A stretch of 64,000 bases of DNA. Origin: Candidatus Cloacimonadota bacterium (GTDB taxonomy: Bacteria > Cloacimonadota > Cloacimonadia > Cloacimonadales > WRIO01). The position numbers were made by a program, and so were the translations under genes. The stretch spans positions 9,155 through 73,154 of the forward strand of contig JAKQQL010000440.1 in the NCBI GenBank assembly GCA_029564175.1, in the 5' to 3' direction. Positions 9,801 through 20,650 of this stretch are shown piece by piece. The notes beneath the pieces are model-generated. The model made no database searches. It was not told the origin of the DNA and saw nothing but the letters and a program-made list of their open reading frames with translations. The first letter of the stretch is position 1. Each line of letters starts with the position of its first letter.

Positions 9801-12680
9801 CTATTTTAGTAACAGCATTTTTTTAGCCTGTATATTTTTCCCGTTTAGACTTAATGTATAGAAATAGATACCAGAGGGAGCCTGGTGAGAAGAATCATCA
9901 GTTCCATCCCAAACTATCTGATGGTCTCCTGGGTTTTGTAATCCATTTTTAAATGATTTGAGCAGTTGTCCTTTTACGTTATATATGTTGATTTCAACAT
10001 TTTCTTGTTTTGTCAGTACATAAGAAATGTGAGTAACTGGGTTGAAAGGATTAGGATAATTATGCTTAAGATAGCTTGTTACAGGTTTTGTGCCTATGTG
10101 AGAATCTGTGGTGTTGATGCCCCCAAAGAGTGAAATTGTATTATTGATAAGAGCCTGTGCCTCATTTTCTTTCATTTGGTATAATGGAAAGCTCAATGTT
10201 AAAGTTTTAAAATCAGTCCCGTTGTATAATACTCCTGTTTTTTGACCATCCATTACAGCCTGTGTAGCTGAGTTATCATAACCTGATTCGTATGCATAGA
10301 CAGCTACTCCTTGTCCAGAAGGAGTGAGTGATTCGATGTCTTTAAGTCTGTACTGCATATTGATATGGGTTTTAGTCGTATCGCAGCTTACAACAGCATA
10401 ATTTTGACTTAAAGGTTGCGCAGATTGAAAACGGGCAGCAGTATTTAATTCAGATGATTGGATTTTGAGATAATCTCTGACAAACGTGCCTGAAGGGAAA
10501 TTAGCTGGGTAACCAGGATAAGTATTAAAAATCTGAGATGGTTTATAAGCTGATATGATTAATTTACCCCCATTATCAAGATAATCAGCAAGAACAGGTG
10601 TGAAAGGAATAATATCACTGGAGTTTGAAGTATTTCTATGATAAAAAACCATTGAAAAAGCACAGAGATCGAAAATGTTTAAATCACGGTTTAGTGAAGA
10701 CAGCTCAATCTGATCAACTGGATATGCACTGAATAAGCGGTTGTAATAGTTGTCCACCTGTTCATCTGTAGGGAAAACAACTGTTCCTGTTCCATTAAAT
10801 GTGTCATCAAGTACTAAAATCCCATGCCCCATCGTATAAGGACGTGCACCAATTGCCTGACTTACTTCACTTTCGTTGCCATCAGAATCTTTACAAGTCA
10901 TTCGGTAATATTTTAATATAGCAGGATTTGAAGGGTTTGTTGAATAGGTAATGGTAGATGCTGGTAATTCTGTTAACAAATTGCCTTGTGTTGTTTCATT
11001 ATCTGAGACATAAATCCGATAATTTTGAACATCCAATTCTTGATTTGCATCCCAGTTGATTTGGATCCCAGACCAAGTCGGAGAAATGTGAAAATTTGAT
11101 ACCATTTGTGGGATGCTGGCAGGTCTGATTTGTCTTTCAAGAACAAGTGAAGAGACTTCATCAATAATGGCATTTAACTGGATTTTATAAAGATTACCTT
11201 CTGTTAGATTATTGACTATTATAAGGGTCTGATTAGTCATGTAATTCATTACCAGATTATCATTTTCATCATAAACTGTTACTCTGTAATCAACATCACC
11301 AATATCTGGTATTGCTGACCAGCTTGCCTGAATCTGAGAACCATTTCCAACATTCCTAAGGACAAAATTTTCAGGCGTGGTGGGTATTTCTGACATATAC
11401 ATCAGCATAGAAGCACCAAGCTTAACCATTTGTTGTGCGTAAGGAAAATTACAATAATCTGTAATATCATTGAAGGAATGATAATATGGGCTGAATTCAC
11501 TTTCAGCTAAAAAGATAGCCGGATAACCATTTGTCCAGTAAGACCAGGAATCAGAGCCAGCAGTATTGGTATTACTGATTCTGTACGAAAGATTGGGCAT
11601 TTGTTCAATATAATGGATCGCAAGTTGAGTTAAAAAATCTCCGCCTGTATATGTTTGTAGGTGTGCTTCCCAGTTATCAGAGATTTGGCTGGCAATCATA
11701 TCATTGTTTATCATCGCTCTAATCTTCATTTGATTTTGAGCTGAAACATAAGCGTCAAATTTACTGCCCCAAAGCCCAAATTCCTCCATTGCATAAGTGC
11801 AGAAACGTATATTGGTTTTACTCTGGTAGTTCGCAAGTTTCATTGCACGGGCAATTTCAAATACAGCAGCAGTTCCAGAGGCATTATCATCAGCTCCTGG
11901 TGCAAAGATCATCGCATCATCATAGCCAGAATTGACAATTGAGTCATGATGACCACCGATTACGACATACTGATCTGTTAACTCAGAGCCAGGCATAACC
12001 GCAACAACGTTTTTTTGCCAAACTTGATATCCGCTATGATAAAATGAATCAACGATAACATTTGTATAGCCAATTCTGATAAACTGATTCTTAATCCATT
12101 CTGAGACAGTAAAACGATTTGGATGTAAAGCATATCGGGTTTGAAAATCTTGTAAATGTTGAACAAAAGCGGCAATTGAGTCTGCATTGATATAATTGAT
12201 CACATTTTGATCGACAGGTAAAGGATTTTTTATATCATTTTGATAAAGTGTTTTTTCATTTTTATATAATCTGGCAGTTCTTTCAATTTTCACTGCTTTT
12301 ATGTTTTTCTTTAATAAGTCAAGCTCTGATAATGAATTGTCTTTAATGATAAGTTGACTTTGATCGTTTAAAACAATGTTTTTGGATTGAAAGGAAGCAC
12401 TGATATCTACATGAATACGAGAGGTTAGGATATATACCGGATCATTGATGATATCATCTGAAATGAGCTTATACTCGATGTTATTGTCATCTAGACTTTT
12501 TGTATGTTCCGTTACGCATAGCACTTTTTCATTGTTTTGCATCACAACATTGATTTTTAATTCTTCCAGCACATTTAAATTGCTTATTTTTGAAAGATCG
12601 ATTAAAATGAGTTTATCGATTGCATTAAGTGACAAGCTTATGAATAATAAGCCTAATAAAAGGAGTAAGTTTTTTTTCAT
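9801..12680 (-). CDS. Secreted M28-family metallopeptidase with FN3 domains and FlgD/T9SS-type C-terminal domain
   Basis: Signal peptide; GHHDS, GADDNASG, EEFGLWGS, NNDM, SDSW and YHS metal motifs; C-terminal NYPNPFNP...IYNVKGQ...WDGTD...SGIYFY. Confidence 0.9.
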   Translation of the reverse strand: MKKNLLLLLGLLFISLSLNAIDKLILIDLSKISNLNVLEELKINVVMQNNEKVLCVTEHTKSLDDNNIEYKLISDDIINDPVYILTSRIHVDISASFQSKNIVLNDQSQLIIKDNSLSELDLLKKNIKAVKIERTARLYKNEKTLYQNDIKNPLPVDQNVINYINADSIAAFVQHLQDFQTRYALHPNRFTVSEWIKNQFIRIGYTNVIVDSFYHSGYQVWQKNVVAVMPGSELTDQYVVIGGHHDSIVNSGYDDAMIFAPGADDNASGTAAVFEIARAMKLANYQSKTNIRFCTYAMEEFGLWGSKFDAYVSAQNQMKIRAMINNDMIASQISDNWEAHLQTYTGGDFLTQLAIHYIEQMPNLSYRISNTNTAGSDSWSYWTNGYPAIFLAESEFSPYYHSFNDITDYCNFPYAQQMVKLGASMLMYMSEIPTTPENFVLRNVGNGSQIQASWSAIPDIGDVDYRVTVYDENDNLVMNYMTNQTLIIVNNLTEGNLYKIQLNAIIDEVSSLVLERQIRPASIPQMVSNFHISPTWSGIQINWDANQELDVQNYRIYVSDNETTQGNLLTELPASTITYSTNPSNPAILKYYRMTCKDSDGNESEVSQAIGARPYTMGHGILVLDDTFNGTGTVVFPTDEQVDNYYNRLFSAYPVDQIELSSLNRDLNIFDLCAFSMVFYHRNTSNSSDIIPFTPVLADYLDNGGKLIISAYKPSQIFNTYPGYPANFPSGTFVRDYLKIQSSELNTAARFQSAQPLSQNYAVVSCDTTKTHINMQYRLKDIESLTPSGQGVAVYAYESGYDNSATQAVMDGQKTGVLYNGTDFKTLTLSFPLYQMKENEAQALINNTISLFGGINTTDSHIGTKPVTSYLKHNYPNPFNPVTHISYVLTKQENVEINIYNVKGQLLKSFKNGLQNPGDHQIVWDGTDDSSHQAPSGIYFYTLSLNGKNIQAKKMLLLK

Positions 12681-12750
12681 AACAGGTTTCCTCTTTTTTA
12701 TTTTTAAAATCCTCAGATTTTATATATGCATGAAACATACCAAAATTAAG

Positions 12751-12776
12751 AAAAGCCTCTGATTTCAGAGGCTTTT
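12751..12776. terminator. Intrinsic terminator after buk
   Basis: aaaagcctctga-tt-tcagaggctttt inverted repeat. Confidence 0.82.
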
Positions 12777-12797
12777 CAAAGTATAAAATGATCAGTA

Positions 12798-13871
12798 TTA
12801 ATATTCTCTTGCTTCTTCCAAACCCTTTAGAACACGTACACCACCTTGTGTGAGGGCTTCCATTTCGAATTCACCAGGGAAAATATATACGGGTGCGATA
12901 AACGCTACGCGTTTTGATAATTCTTCTGTGAAATATTTGCCATAAGCTAAACCGCCAGTTAAGAAAATACCATCTACTTTGCCTGATAATGCCGCTGCAC
13001 ATGCACCAATTTCTTTTGCTACCTGGTAGATCATCGCATCAAAAATTCTTTTCGCTTCAGTGTCACCGGCTTCAATTCTTTCACCAACTACTCTGCCGTC
13101 ATCAGTTCCTAAATAGGCCATCAAACCAGCTGTTTTGGTAAAATAATTTGCAAGGTCTTTTTTTGTATATTTGCCACTGAAAGCCATATCCATGACATCA
13201 CCAATTGGTAATGCACCAGCTCTCTGAGGAGAGAATGGTCCCATACCTAAAAGTGCATTGTTTACGTCAACGACATTTCCTTGTTTAATTGCTGCAACAG
13301 AGATTCCTCCACCCATGTGAGCACCAATCATGTTGGTTTCCTCAAACTTTTTGTTTAATTTTTTCCCTAATTGACGGGCTGTATAGCGAATATTTAAGGC
13401 ATGAAACAAAGATTTTCTTTCTATTTCAGGAACACCAGAGATACGAGCAATATCTTCAAACTCATCTACTGTTACAGGGTCAACGATATAGCAGGGAATG
13501 TTTAATTCATCAGCGATAGATTTAGCAATAAAAGCGCCTAAATTTGATGCATGAATTCTACCCCAGATATGTGGATCTTTTAAATCATCCAACATTTTCT
13601 GCGTAATTTTATAAGTTCCTCCATGAACAGGACGAACTAAACCACCACGTCCAACAACTGCATCAAGCGTTGAAGGTTCCACATTGTTTTCTTTCATTGC
13701 TTCAATCACCAATGCTTTACGGAATTGATCTTGCTCAAGAATTGAACCTACCTTGTCTAATTCTGCCGGATCATGTCTTAAGGTTTTGATGAAAATTTCT
13801 TTATCATCATCAAATACTGAAATTTTTGTAGATGTTGAACCCGGATTGATTGATAAAATACGATAGTTCAT
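12798..13871 (-). CDS. buk: Butyrate kinase
   Basis: INPGSTSTK, VGRGGL, HASNLG, VDPVTVDE, FHALN, HMGGGIS, GPFSPQRAG, LTGGLA, PGEFEMEAL. Confidence 0.95.
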   Translation of the reverse strand: MNYRILSINPGSTSTKISVFDDDKEIFIKTLRHDPAELDKVGSILEQDQFRKALVIEAMKENNVEPSTLDAVVGRGGLVRPVHGGTYKITQKMLDDLKDPHIWGRIHASNLGAFIAKSIADELNIPCYIVDPVTVDEFEDIARISGVPEIERKSLFHALNIRYTARQLGKKLNKKFEETNMIGAHMGGGISVAAIKQGNVVDVNNALLGMGPFSPQRAGALPIGDVMDMAFSGKYTKKDLANYFTKTAGLMAYLGTDDGRVVGERIEAGDTEAKRIFDAMIYQVAKEIGACAAALSGKVDGIFLTGGLAYGKYFTEELSKRVAFIAPVYIFPGEFEMEALTQGGVRVLKGLEEAREY

Positions 13872-13906
13872 TTGTCCTCCATATCTTTAATTTTTTATTT
13901 GTTGCC

Positions 13907-13935
13907 ATAATATCATAAATAATCTTTTGTGTCAA
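13907..13935 (-). promoter_or_regulatory. Sigma70-type promoter for buk
   Basis: Minus strand TTGACA-17 nt-TATTAT about 35 nt upstream of the start codon. Confidence 0.7.
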
Positions 13936-14074
13936 TGATTTTTCCTGGACATTTATCTATCTCTGAGATCAAAATGAGGATAGCAGGATTTAGGTCAGCT
14001 GGTTACTTAAGCTATAACACTTCAACAAGCATAATATCAAATGTCTGGAATTCGTTTCAAGCGGGTAGTCTATG

Positions 14075-14959
14075 CTACATTTTTTTTTGTATTGAGGTTA
14101 TGTAACCTGCAATTATAATGAACATGGCACCTGTTATTAAATACCAGTTTAGCTTCAGGTTAAGAAACAGAATTTCATTAATTGTAGTAAATAAAATGGT
14201 CAATAAAAACAGTATAGACACGATATTGGTTTTCAAATGAGCCAATGCGTAATTCCAGAATAAGTAAGCAAATCCTGACTGAAAAATTCCCATTTCAAAA
14301 ATCCAAAACCACTGGATGGTCGTATGAGGTTTCGACTGACTAAAGATTAAAAAGGGAGTTCCTAAAACACTGGATATGATAAATACTTTCAATAAGAATT
14401 GGATAATATGAATTGGTGTATGTCTGTAGGGTTTTACAAATTGTCCTGAGTAATAGGTATAAGCTCCAAAGGACAATCCAGTCAGTAAACCAAGTAGGAT
14501 GCCTTTATAATAACCTGACTGTAATTCTGGAAATTTATCTTTTCCTGAAACAATCAATAGTATTCCTAAAAAAGAAAACAATAATGCGAGAATTTCTTTG
14601 CGATTGGGCTTTATATTCATGTAAAAGTAGGAGGCAAATAATACAAACAGTGGTGAAAGGTTTTCTAATATCATGACAAATGTCCCGGGTAAATATATTA
14701 AGGCTAGATGATAGACCAGAGAATTACCAAAAACACCAATGAGTGAAACAAAAAGAACTGTTTTCCAGTGATTACTCCATGAGAAATTTAAAGCTTTTTT
14801 ATAAAAAAGATAAAGAAAAAAGACCAGACTGCCAATCCAGAAACGAGCAGCAAATACAAAGTACATGTCAACACCCTGCAACGCAAGAAAGCGACCTGCA
14901 GGTCCGTGTATTCCCCAAAGAAACAGTGCAATAAATGCATATGTTAAGCTAAGATTCAT
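14075..14959 (-). CDS. DMT/EamA family transporter
   Basis: About 10 hydrophobic segments in two EamA-like halves (LWG..., ENLSPLFV, AYLFWNYAL). Confidence 0.88.
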   Translation of the reverse strand: MNLSLTYAFIALFLWGIHGPAGRFLALQGVDMYFVFAARFWIGSLVFFLYLFYKKALNFSWSNHWKTVLFVSLIGVFGNSLVYHLALIYLPGTFVMILENLSPLFVLFASYFYMNIKPNRKEILALLFSFLGILLIVSGKDKFPELQSGYYKGILLGLLTGLSFGAYTYYSGQFVKPYRHTPIHIIQFLLKVFIISSVLGTPFLIFSQSKPHTTIQWFWIFEMGIFQSGFAYLFWNYALAHLKTNIVSILFLLTILFTTINEILFLNLKLNWYLITGAMFIIIAGYITSIQKKM

Positions 14960-15067
14960 TTTACTCCTGAGTTTATAAAAACACCATTCTCATCATTAAT
15001 ATAGTTTTTTGTTTGATTTAATAGATTAGTGAAGGTAATTATCCAATATTCTGTGTAAAAAATAAAT

Positions 15068-15100
15068 AAGCGGTATATTGCTTGAGCATTATACCGCTTT
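15068..15100. terminator. Intrinsic terminator after cheA
   Basis: aagcggtata...tataccgctt inverted repeat 11 nt beyond the cheA stop. Confidence 0.75.
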
Positions 15101-15111
15101 AAAAAGACTAT

Positions 15112-18100
15112 TTATTCGAACTTTTCTGCGTTTAAGAGTAATTTGACAGTGTCAAGCAGTTTATCCTTATGAATTTTGATTTCATAGGCATCAAAACCGG
15201 CTTCTTTTGCTTTAATGCGACTATCTTCACTGGTTAATGTGGTAACTGCGATACAAGGTGTGTTGATAAATTTAGCATTTTTTCGGACTTCACGGGTAAA
15301 CTCATATCCGTCCATACGAGGCATCAGCAGATCGACTATAAACAGATCATAGTGTTTACTGGCTATCTTTTTCAAAGCATCAAGACCGTCAAAGGCTGTC
15401 TCAACAACATAACCTGCAGATTCAAAATATTGTTTCTCAAGCGTTCTAAAGAAGGAAGTGTCTTCAACAACTAAGATTTTATATTTTGCATTTTCATTAT
15501 GAGTCTTAAGAGATGTTTTTTCAGGTTCTGCCATTTCTACTATTTGATAAATATCAGGGAAAAGAACCAGTTTATTATCAAGCAGTGCAGACCCAATTAA
15601 ACCTTTAGATGTGATATTTTCCGTGTCAATGTGAATTTGGGCAGAAAGAGAATCGATAATCTTATGAGCAATAATTCCGATTGGTGTTTCAAGTAATTTT
15701 GGAATAATTACATATCTAAATTCATTTTGAGATTGGCGAGAGCGAACTGGTAAATAATGTTCCAGGCGTACTACTCTCAGGCTCTTATTCTCATGTTCGA
15801 TATATTCTTTTTCTCCAACCATTTCAAACTTAGAGTTTTCCAGCTTTTCTATACGTTTGATTAAATCAAGATTTAATGCAAAAAATTCTTGTTCAGCATT
15901 TTCAAAAAGCAGAATATTCTGATGTTCAGCTGATACCTTTGTTTCAATTTCTTCTTCAACTTTAATCGCTTTTTCCTGCTCTTTTATCGAATTAAAATTC
16001 AATTTTGCTTTATTGGCAATACCTGAAATATCAAGAATAAGAGATACTGACCCGTCACCCATAATTGTTGTACCTGAATAACAAGTAGATGTCTTGAAAA
16101 AATGTGGGATTGATTTCACAACAATTTCTTCATTTCCAACAATTTCATCCACAACAAGACCAAACTCATTGATATCATGTTTTAAAACAAGTACTCGTGT
16201 TATCTCTAAATCTTCATTTCTTTTTGAAATTCCCAAAACTTCATTTAAGTAAACAATTGGAAGTAACTTATTTCTGAGTCTTAGTACAGGGGATTCATTC
16301 ACTTTTTCAATTCTACGGTGAGTATCTCCTTTTTTAACTCTGACAAGTTCCTTCAATGCCACCTGAGGTAAAGCAAAGTGCATATTTTCTGTTTTTATGA
16401 TTAGAGAAGGGATAATAGCGAGCGTTAGTGGTAGTTTTAAGTTGACAGTCGTTCCATGATCCGGTTTGGAATCAAGGCTGACAGATCCGCCCAGTTTTTC
16501 AATGTTTGTTTTAACAACATCCATCCCGACACCACGACCAGATACATCAGAAACCTGATCTGCAGTCGAGAATCCAGGAGCAAAAATCAGTTCAAGTATT
16601 TGTTTTTCAGTTAATTTCTTCGCATCTGCCTCTGTTATCACATTTTTTTCAAGGGCTTTTCTGAGGACTTTTTTAGCATCAATACCAGCTCCATCGTCAA
16701 TAACATCAATGTTTACTTTACCACCTTCATGATAAGCCTTCAACCAAACTGTGCCTACTTCCGGCTTCCCTTTTTTAAGTCTGTCTTCAGGTAGTTCAAT
16801 CGCATGATCAGCACAATTCCTAACCAGATGGGTTAATGGATCGGACAGATTTTCTATAATAGATTTGTCGAGATCCACTTCATTACCGGTTGTTTCAAGT
16901 TGTAATTTTTTATTAAGTTTAGTTCCCAATTCCCTGATCATACGAGGAAATTTGTTGAAAACCAGAGAAATCGGCTGCATTCTGGTATTCATGATTTTTT
17001 CCTGAAGTACAGAAGTTGTCATATCAATGTCCTGAAGCACAGCTGATAATCCAGGCACATTTTTAGCCGCATCAGAAGCCATTCTAAGCAACTGATTTCG
17101 AGCTAAGACAAGCTCACCGGCAAAAGCCATCAAATCATTTAATAAAGATACAGAAACTCTTAAAGTTTCTTTTTGTTGGGTTGCTTCTTTTTTTAAGGAA
17201 GGCTGAGACTTCGCTTCAAGAATAGTTTCTACCGTATTCTCAATGGGTTTGACTTCATTAATTTCTTCATGAATTTTAACAGGCTCAACTGTTTTTTCAA
17301 TGACAGTTTCCTTGGTAACAGGTTGAGTTATTTCTTTTTTTGGTTGTGTCACTACCGGTTTTTCATCTTGTTTAATGACATCTTGTGACGGTTTATGAAG
17401 AACCTGGAATTCTTTTTCAACAAATTCAGGGATTTCCAAAGTCTGGATTTGAGATTCATCAACTTCAAGTCCGATAGCAATCAGATCTGGTTCAAGTACA
17501 GAAGAGAAGAGATAAACAAAAGACATTTCATTATCAGTTACAGAATCATCTAAACCGTGAATAGTAGAAAGGTCAGCGTAAGAACCAATCAGATTCCCTA
17601 ATTTTTCAATATTTTTAAGATAATCCAGAGGAGTTTTCCCTTTTTCTTTCATATCTTTATTGGTGTATGCATGAACAGAATATAAAAAATGGCCATGAGC
17701 CAAAGCCTTTTTTAATTCAGAGACAGGAATCTGGAATTGTTTAGAAAGTTTATCTGGTAAGTTTTCTTTATCTTCTACAGGTATTTCTACCATTTCAAGA
17801 TCAGTATCGCCAGAAAGTAACTGATTTAATTTTTCTTTAATGGCGACAGCATCAATATTTTCACTATTATCAATATCAGCAATCATTTGATTGAGTAAGT
17901 CAGTTCCTTGTAACAAGGTTGTTATCATATTTGAAGTTGGTACCAATTTCCCATCTCTGACCAGAGAGAGCAAACTTTCCATTACATGACTGAGGGAAGT
18001 GATATTTTCAAATCCAAAAAAGCCTGCAGAACCTTTTAAACTGTGGACTGCACGGAATATGCGATTGATAAGTTCTTGCTCAGGATTATCTTTATTTGAT

Positions 18101-18198
18101 TCAAGTAATAATAAATCTGGTTCCAGGTTACTTAAATGTTCATTGGCTTCTTCTAAAAACATTTGTAACATTTCAGGATCTTGACCGACCATGAACAC
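15112..18198 (-). CDS. cheA: Hybrid chemotaxis histidine kinase (Hpt-linker-dimerisation-HATPase-CheW-CheW-REC)
   Basis: FRAVHSLKGSAG Hpt box, HLVRNCADH N-box, DDGAG, GFST, GRGVGMDVV, LPLTLAI, two CheW-like domains, C-terminal receiver VVED...DLLMP. Confidence 0.93.
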   Translation of the reverse strand: MFMVGQDPEMLQMFLEEANEHLSNLEPDLLLLESNKDNPEQELINRIFRAVHSLKGSAGFFGFENITSLSHVMESLLSLVRDGKLVPTSNMITTLLQGTDLLNQMIADIDNSENIDAVAIKEKLNQLLSGDTDLEMVEIPVEDKENLPDKLSKQFQIPVSELKKALAHGHFLYSVHAYTNKDMKEKGKTPLDYLKNIEKLGNLIGSYADLSTIHGLDDSVTDNEMSFVYLFSSVLEPDLIAIGLEVDESQIQTLEIPEFVEKEFQVLHKPSQDVIKQDEKPVVTQPKKEITQPVTKETVIEKTVEPVKIHEEINEVKPIENTVETILEAKSQPSLKKEATQQKETLRVSVSLLNDLMAFAGELVLARNQLLRMASDAAKNVPGLSAVLQDIDMTTSVLQEKIMNTRMQPISLVFNKFPRMIRELGTKLNKKLQLETTGNEVDLDKSIIENLSDPLTHLVRNCADHAIELPEDRLKKGKPEVGTVWLKAYHEGGKVNIDVIDDGAGIDAKKVLRKALEKNVITEADAKKLTEKQILELIFAPGFSTADQVSDVSGRGVGMDVVKTNIEKLGGSVSLDSKPDHGTTVNLKLPLTLAIIPSLIIKTENMHFALPQVALKELVRVKKGDTHRRIEKVNESPVLRLRNKLLPIVYLNEVLGISKRNEDLEITRVLVLKHDINEFGLVVDEIVGNEEIVVKSIPHFFKTSTCYSGTTIMGDGSVSLILDISGIANKAKLNFNSIKEQEKAIKVEEEIETKVSAEHQNILLFENAEQEFFALNLDLIKRIEKLENSKFEMVGEKEYIEHENKSLRVVRLEHYLPVRSRQSQNEFRYVIIPKLLETPIGIIAHKIIDSLSAQIHIDTENITSKGLIGSALLDNKLVLFPDIYQIVEMAEPEKTSLKTHNENAKYKILVVEDTSFFRTLEKQYFESAGYVVETAFDGLDALKKIASKHYDLFIVDLLMPRMDGYEFTREVRKNAKFINTPCIAVTTLTSEDSRIKAKEAGFDAYEIKIHKDKLLDTVKLLLNAEKFE

Positions 18199-18211
18199 CC
18201 TCCTTAATTAA

Positions 18212-18514
18212 TTAGGATACTTCAAAATATGAGGTTAATTTAAAAAGATTGAATAAATTTAAAATTGCGCGGGAAGTATTCGTAACCGTAAACTTACGGT
18301 TTTCTGCATGAACCTGTTTATAAAGTCCAACCACTAGATTAATACCCATTGAATCTATCTCAGTAACGTTGCCCAGATTCAATACAATTGTTTCAACACT
18401 GGGATTTTTTGACAGGGTATCTTTGATTAAGCTTAGCTGGTTATCCAGATTAGATGCCACCAAATTTGTTTTTGCAACAAATTCAATTGTATTTTCTTTG
18501 ACAATGGCTTCCAT
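18212..18514 (-). CDS. STAS domain protein (anti-sigma-factor antagonist)
   Basis: LNLGNVTEIDSMGINL with the phospho-acceptor Ser; 100 aa. Confidence 0.88.
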   Translation of the reverse strand: MEAIVKENTIEFVAKTNLVASNLDNQLSLIKDTLSKNPSVETIVLNLGNVTEIDSMGINLVVGLYKQVHAENRKFTVTNTSRAILNLFNLFKLTSYFEVS

Positions 18515-18528
18515 GTGCCCTCCCTCTA

Positions 18529-19296
18529 TTATTTCTTTATTTCTACTATTATTAAATTGTTACGGTTGAATATATTACTACAGAATTCATTGATCAGAAA
18601 CAAACCCCGCTCATTAATTCTAAGTTCATCTTTTTCAATTGATTGTAAATGCTTTGCATAATTAAAACCCGGACCTTCATCTTGCACAGCAAAACCCAAA
18701 GTCTTTTCAGAATTTTTGAAGAAGATTGTGAGCATGACATTTTTTTCTTTATTAAGTTTGTTGCCATGTTTAACTGCGTTAGTAAGCAATTCACGTAATA
18801 TCAGATTGTACTCAAAAAACTCCAGATTTGATATTGTATTAAAGATCGCATTCACAAACTTCTCAAGTAACTGGGTTGCGTATTCAATATCTTCCAGTGA
18901 AGATTTGAAAGAAAAGTTTACTGATTTATAGGGACTATTGCAAAATTCACTTTGTATTAAAGTATGAATATTAAGAAAATGAGAGAAGTTGTGTTCACCA
19001 ATAGTCTCTTTGAATAGAGCAGATATTGTATGCTTATCAGATTTGTTAATGCCTGATTCAAGCTGATAGAAATCAGAATAATAGAAAAAAATGGGTTGAT
19101 TAGTCATTAGATTATCTATATGAGTATTAGAAAAAAGCTTATAATCTTCAAAAACAAAAAAATCAAATTCTTTGGTAAGTTTGTTCTGATTCATTTCTGT
19201 TATAAAATCACTCGTACATAAATGATATGAATCATTGCCTGAATCTTTTAAATCAGAGCTTTTACCTGAATTAATATAAACAATTTTTGGACTCAT
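18529..19296 (-). CDS. Anti-sigma-factor-like Ser/Thr kinase (RsbW/SpoIIAB-type HATPase)
   Basis: ELLTNAVKHGN, DEGPGF, ERGLFLI. Start moved to ATG 19296 because GGAGG lies just upstream. Confidence 0.82.
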   Translation of the reverse strand: MSPKIVYINSGKSSDLKDSGNDSYHLCTSDFITEMNQNKLTKEFDFFVFEDYKLFSNTHIDNLMTNQPIFFYYSDFYQLESGINKSDKHTISALFKETIGEHNFSHFLNIHTLIQSEFCNSPYKSVNFSFKSSLEDIEYATQLLEKFVNAIFNTISNLEFFEYNLILRELLTNAVKHGNKLNKEKNVMLTIFFKNSEKTLGFAVQDEGPGFNYAKHLQSIEKDELRINERGLFLINEFCSNIFNRNNLIIVEIKK

Positions 19297-19462
19297 TAAA
19301 CGACCTCCACTCTGTTGTAAACAGTTGTAACCCATTTAAAATGATGTATTTAGTAATAATCATTTCCTTTTTTCCCAGTTTGCATTTAGTTATTTGCATT
19401 CTTTCACGCTATATTTATAAAAAAATATTAGCATAAATCAATACTTGATGCAAGCTTTTTTT

Positions 19463-20647
19463 TTATTTTTTTAGATTATTAAAAACAGCAAGATCAAATT
19501 TTAAGGAAGTCATAAATTGATTTAGTTTTATATCTCCCATTATTGCAGATATATAGGCTATATTTAACTCTACATCTTTCTTTATGCGAACACTTGTACC
19601 TACTGTCAGTAAACCCATGTCAGCAGTTTTGATATTTCCTGTGGATGGAATAGCTGCATAGAAATCATAATGAAATTCACTCATATCAGGAGCTGAATAA
19701 TTAGGGACATGGTAACTTCCTTCAAATATTTTTGGGCTATAGATGAATCCCGCTTTAAGCGAATAATCTCCAACAATCTGGAATGGATTGCCAAAACGCT
19801 TTTCAGTTCCAAGTTTAAGTATCATTTGATCTTTCATATAGTTAGCCTGTTCACTGTACATCGTATAATCTGTTTCAGCCATTATGAAAAATTCCTTAGG
19901 TAAATTGATACTTACTCCAGCTTTAATTTCTGATGGAATTGTCATTGTATAATCTACATATTTATGTTTGTAATCAACATCTGCTGAATGAATATAACTT
20001 AAGCCTGCATTGAATGTTTGGCTCTGGTACAAAATTCCTGGTTGAAGACGAAAGAAATAGCGACGAAATCTTAACAAATCAACTTTTCCTTCATTTCTAT
20101 ATTCTCCAAAATTTTGCATATTGAGTATAGAATTGATTCCTACTGATAAATGCTCATTAATCTCTTGTGATGTTGTCAGTGTAAACTGATGATTTTCATA
20201 AGTAGGCTGATAATCTACTGTTGTCCCAATTTGGGGAATTGATCTGACAAAACTGTAGTATTTTAATGAATTGACTAATGAATAAGATAATCCAAAATGA
20301 GTGTTGTGAAGAGGTTTAAACGTTAATGCTAAAGATCCGATAGGAGCAGGAGACTGGTATTTGTGGTTGTCATATTGGTTAAACTCTTTTATGTTACCTT
20401 TAACGATAAACTCCATATTCAGACTTGCATATTTATCGAGCATTGAGGCTGGATTGTGAATACCATAATCAGCTCCACCTGTTAAAGCAATCCCTGTATG
20501 ACCTCGACCTGCCATGTCTGAGTTAAGAAAGTTTTTTGAATATTGATCATAAAAACCCTGAGCAAAGTCAGGTCCGACGTAATTTACCGGTTGTGCTGAT
20601 AATTTAAGACATATCAACATAGACAGAACAAAAAAGATTCTTTTCAT
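19463..20647 (-). CDS. Outer-membrane beta-barrel protein (FadL/PorV-like clan)
   Basis: Signal peptide, MAGRGHTGIA...IHNPAS motif, aromatic-rich beta strands. Confidence 0.62.
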   Translation of the reverse strand: MKRIFFVLSMLICLKLSAQPVNYVGPDFAQGFYDQYSKNFLNSDMAGRGHTGIALTGGADYGIHNPASMLDKYASLNMEFIVKGNIKEFNQYDNHKYQSPAPIGSLALTFKPLHNTHFGLSYSLVNSLKYYSFVRSIPQIGTTVDYQPTYENHQFTLTTSQEINEHLSVGINSILNMQNFGEYRNEGKVDLLRFRRYFFRLQPGILYQSQTFNAGLSYIHSADVDYKHKYVDYTMTIPSEIKAGVSINLPKEFFIMAETDYTMYSEQANYMKDQMILKLGTEKRFGNPFQIVGDYSLKAGFIYSPKIFEGSYHVPNYSAPDMSEFHYDFYAAIPSTGNIKTADMGLLTVGTSVRIKKDVELNIAYISAIMGDIKLNQFMTSLKFDLAVFNNLKK

Positions 20648-20650
20648 TAT

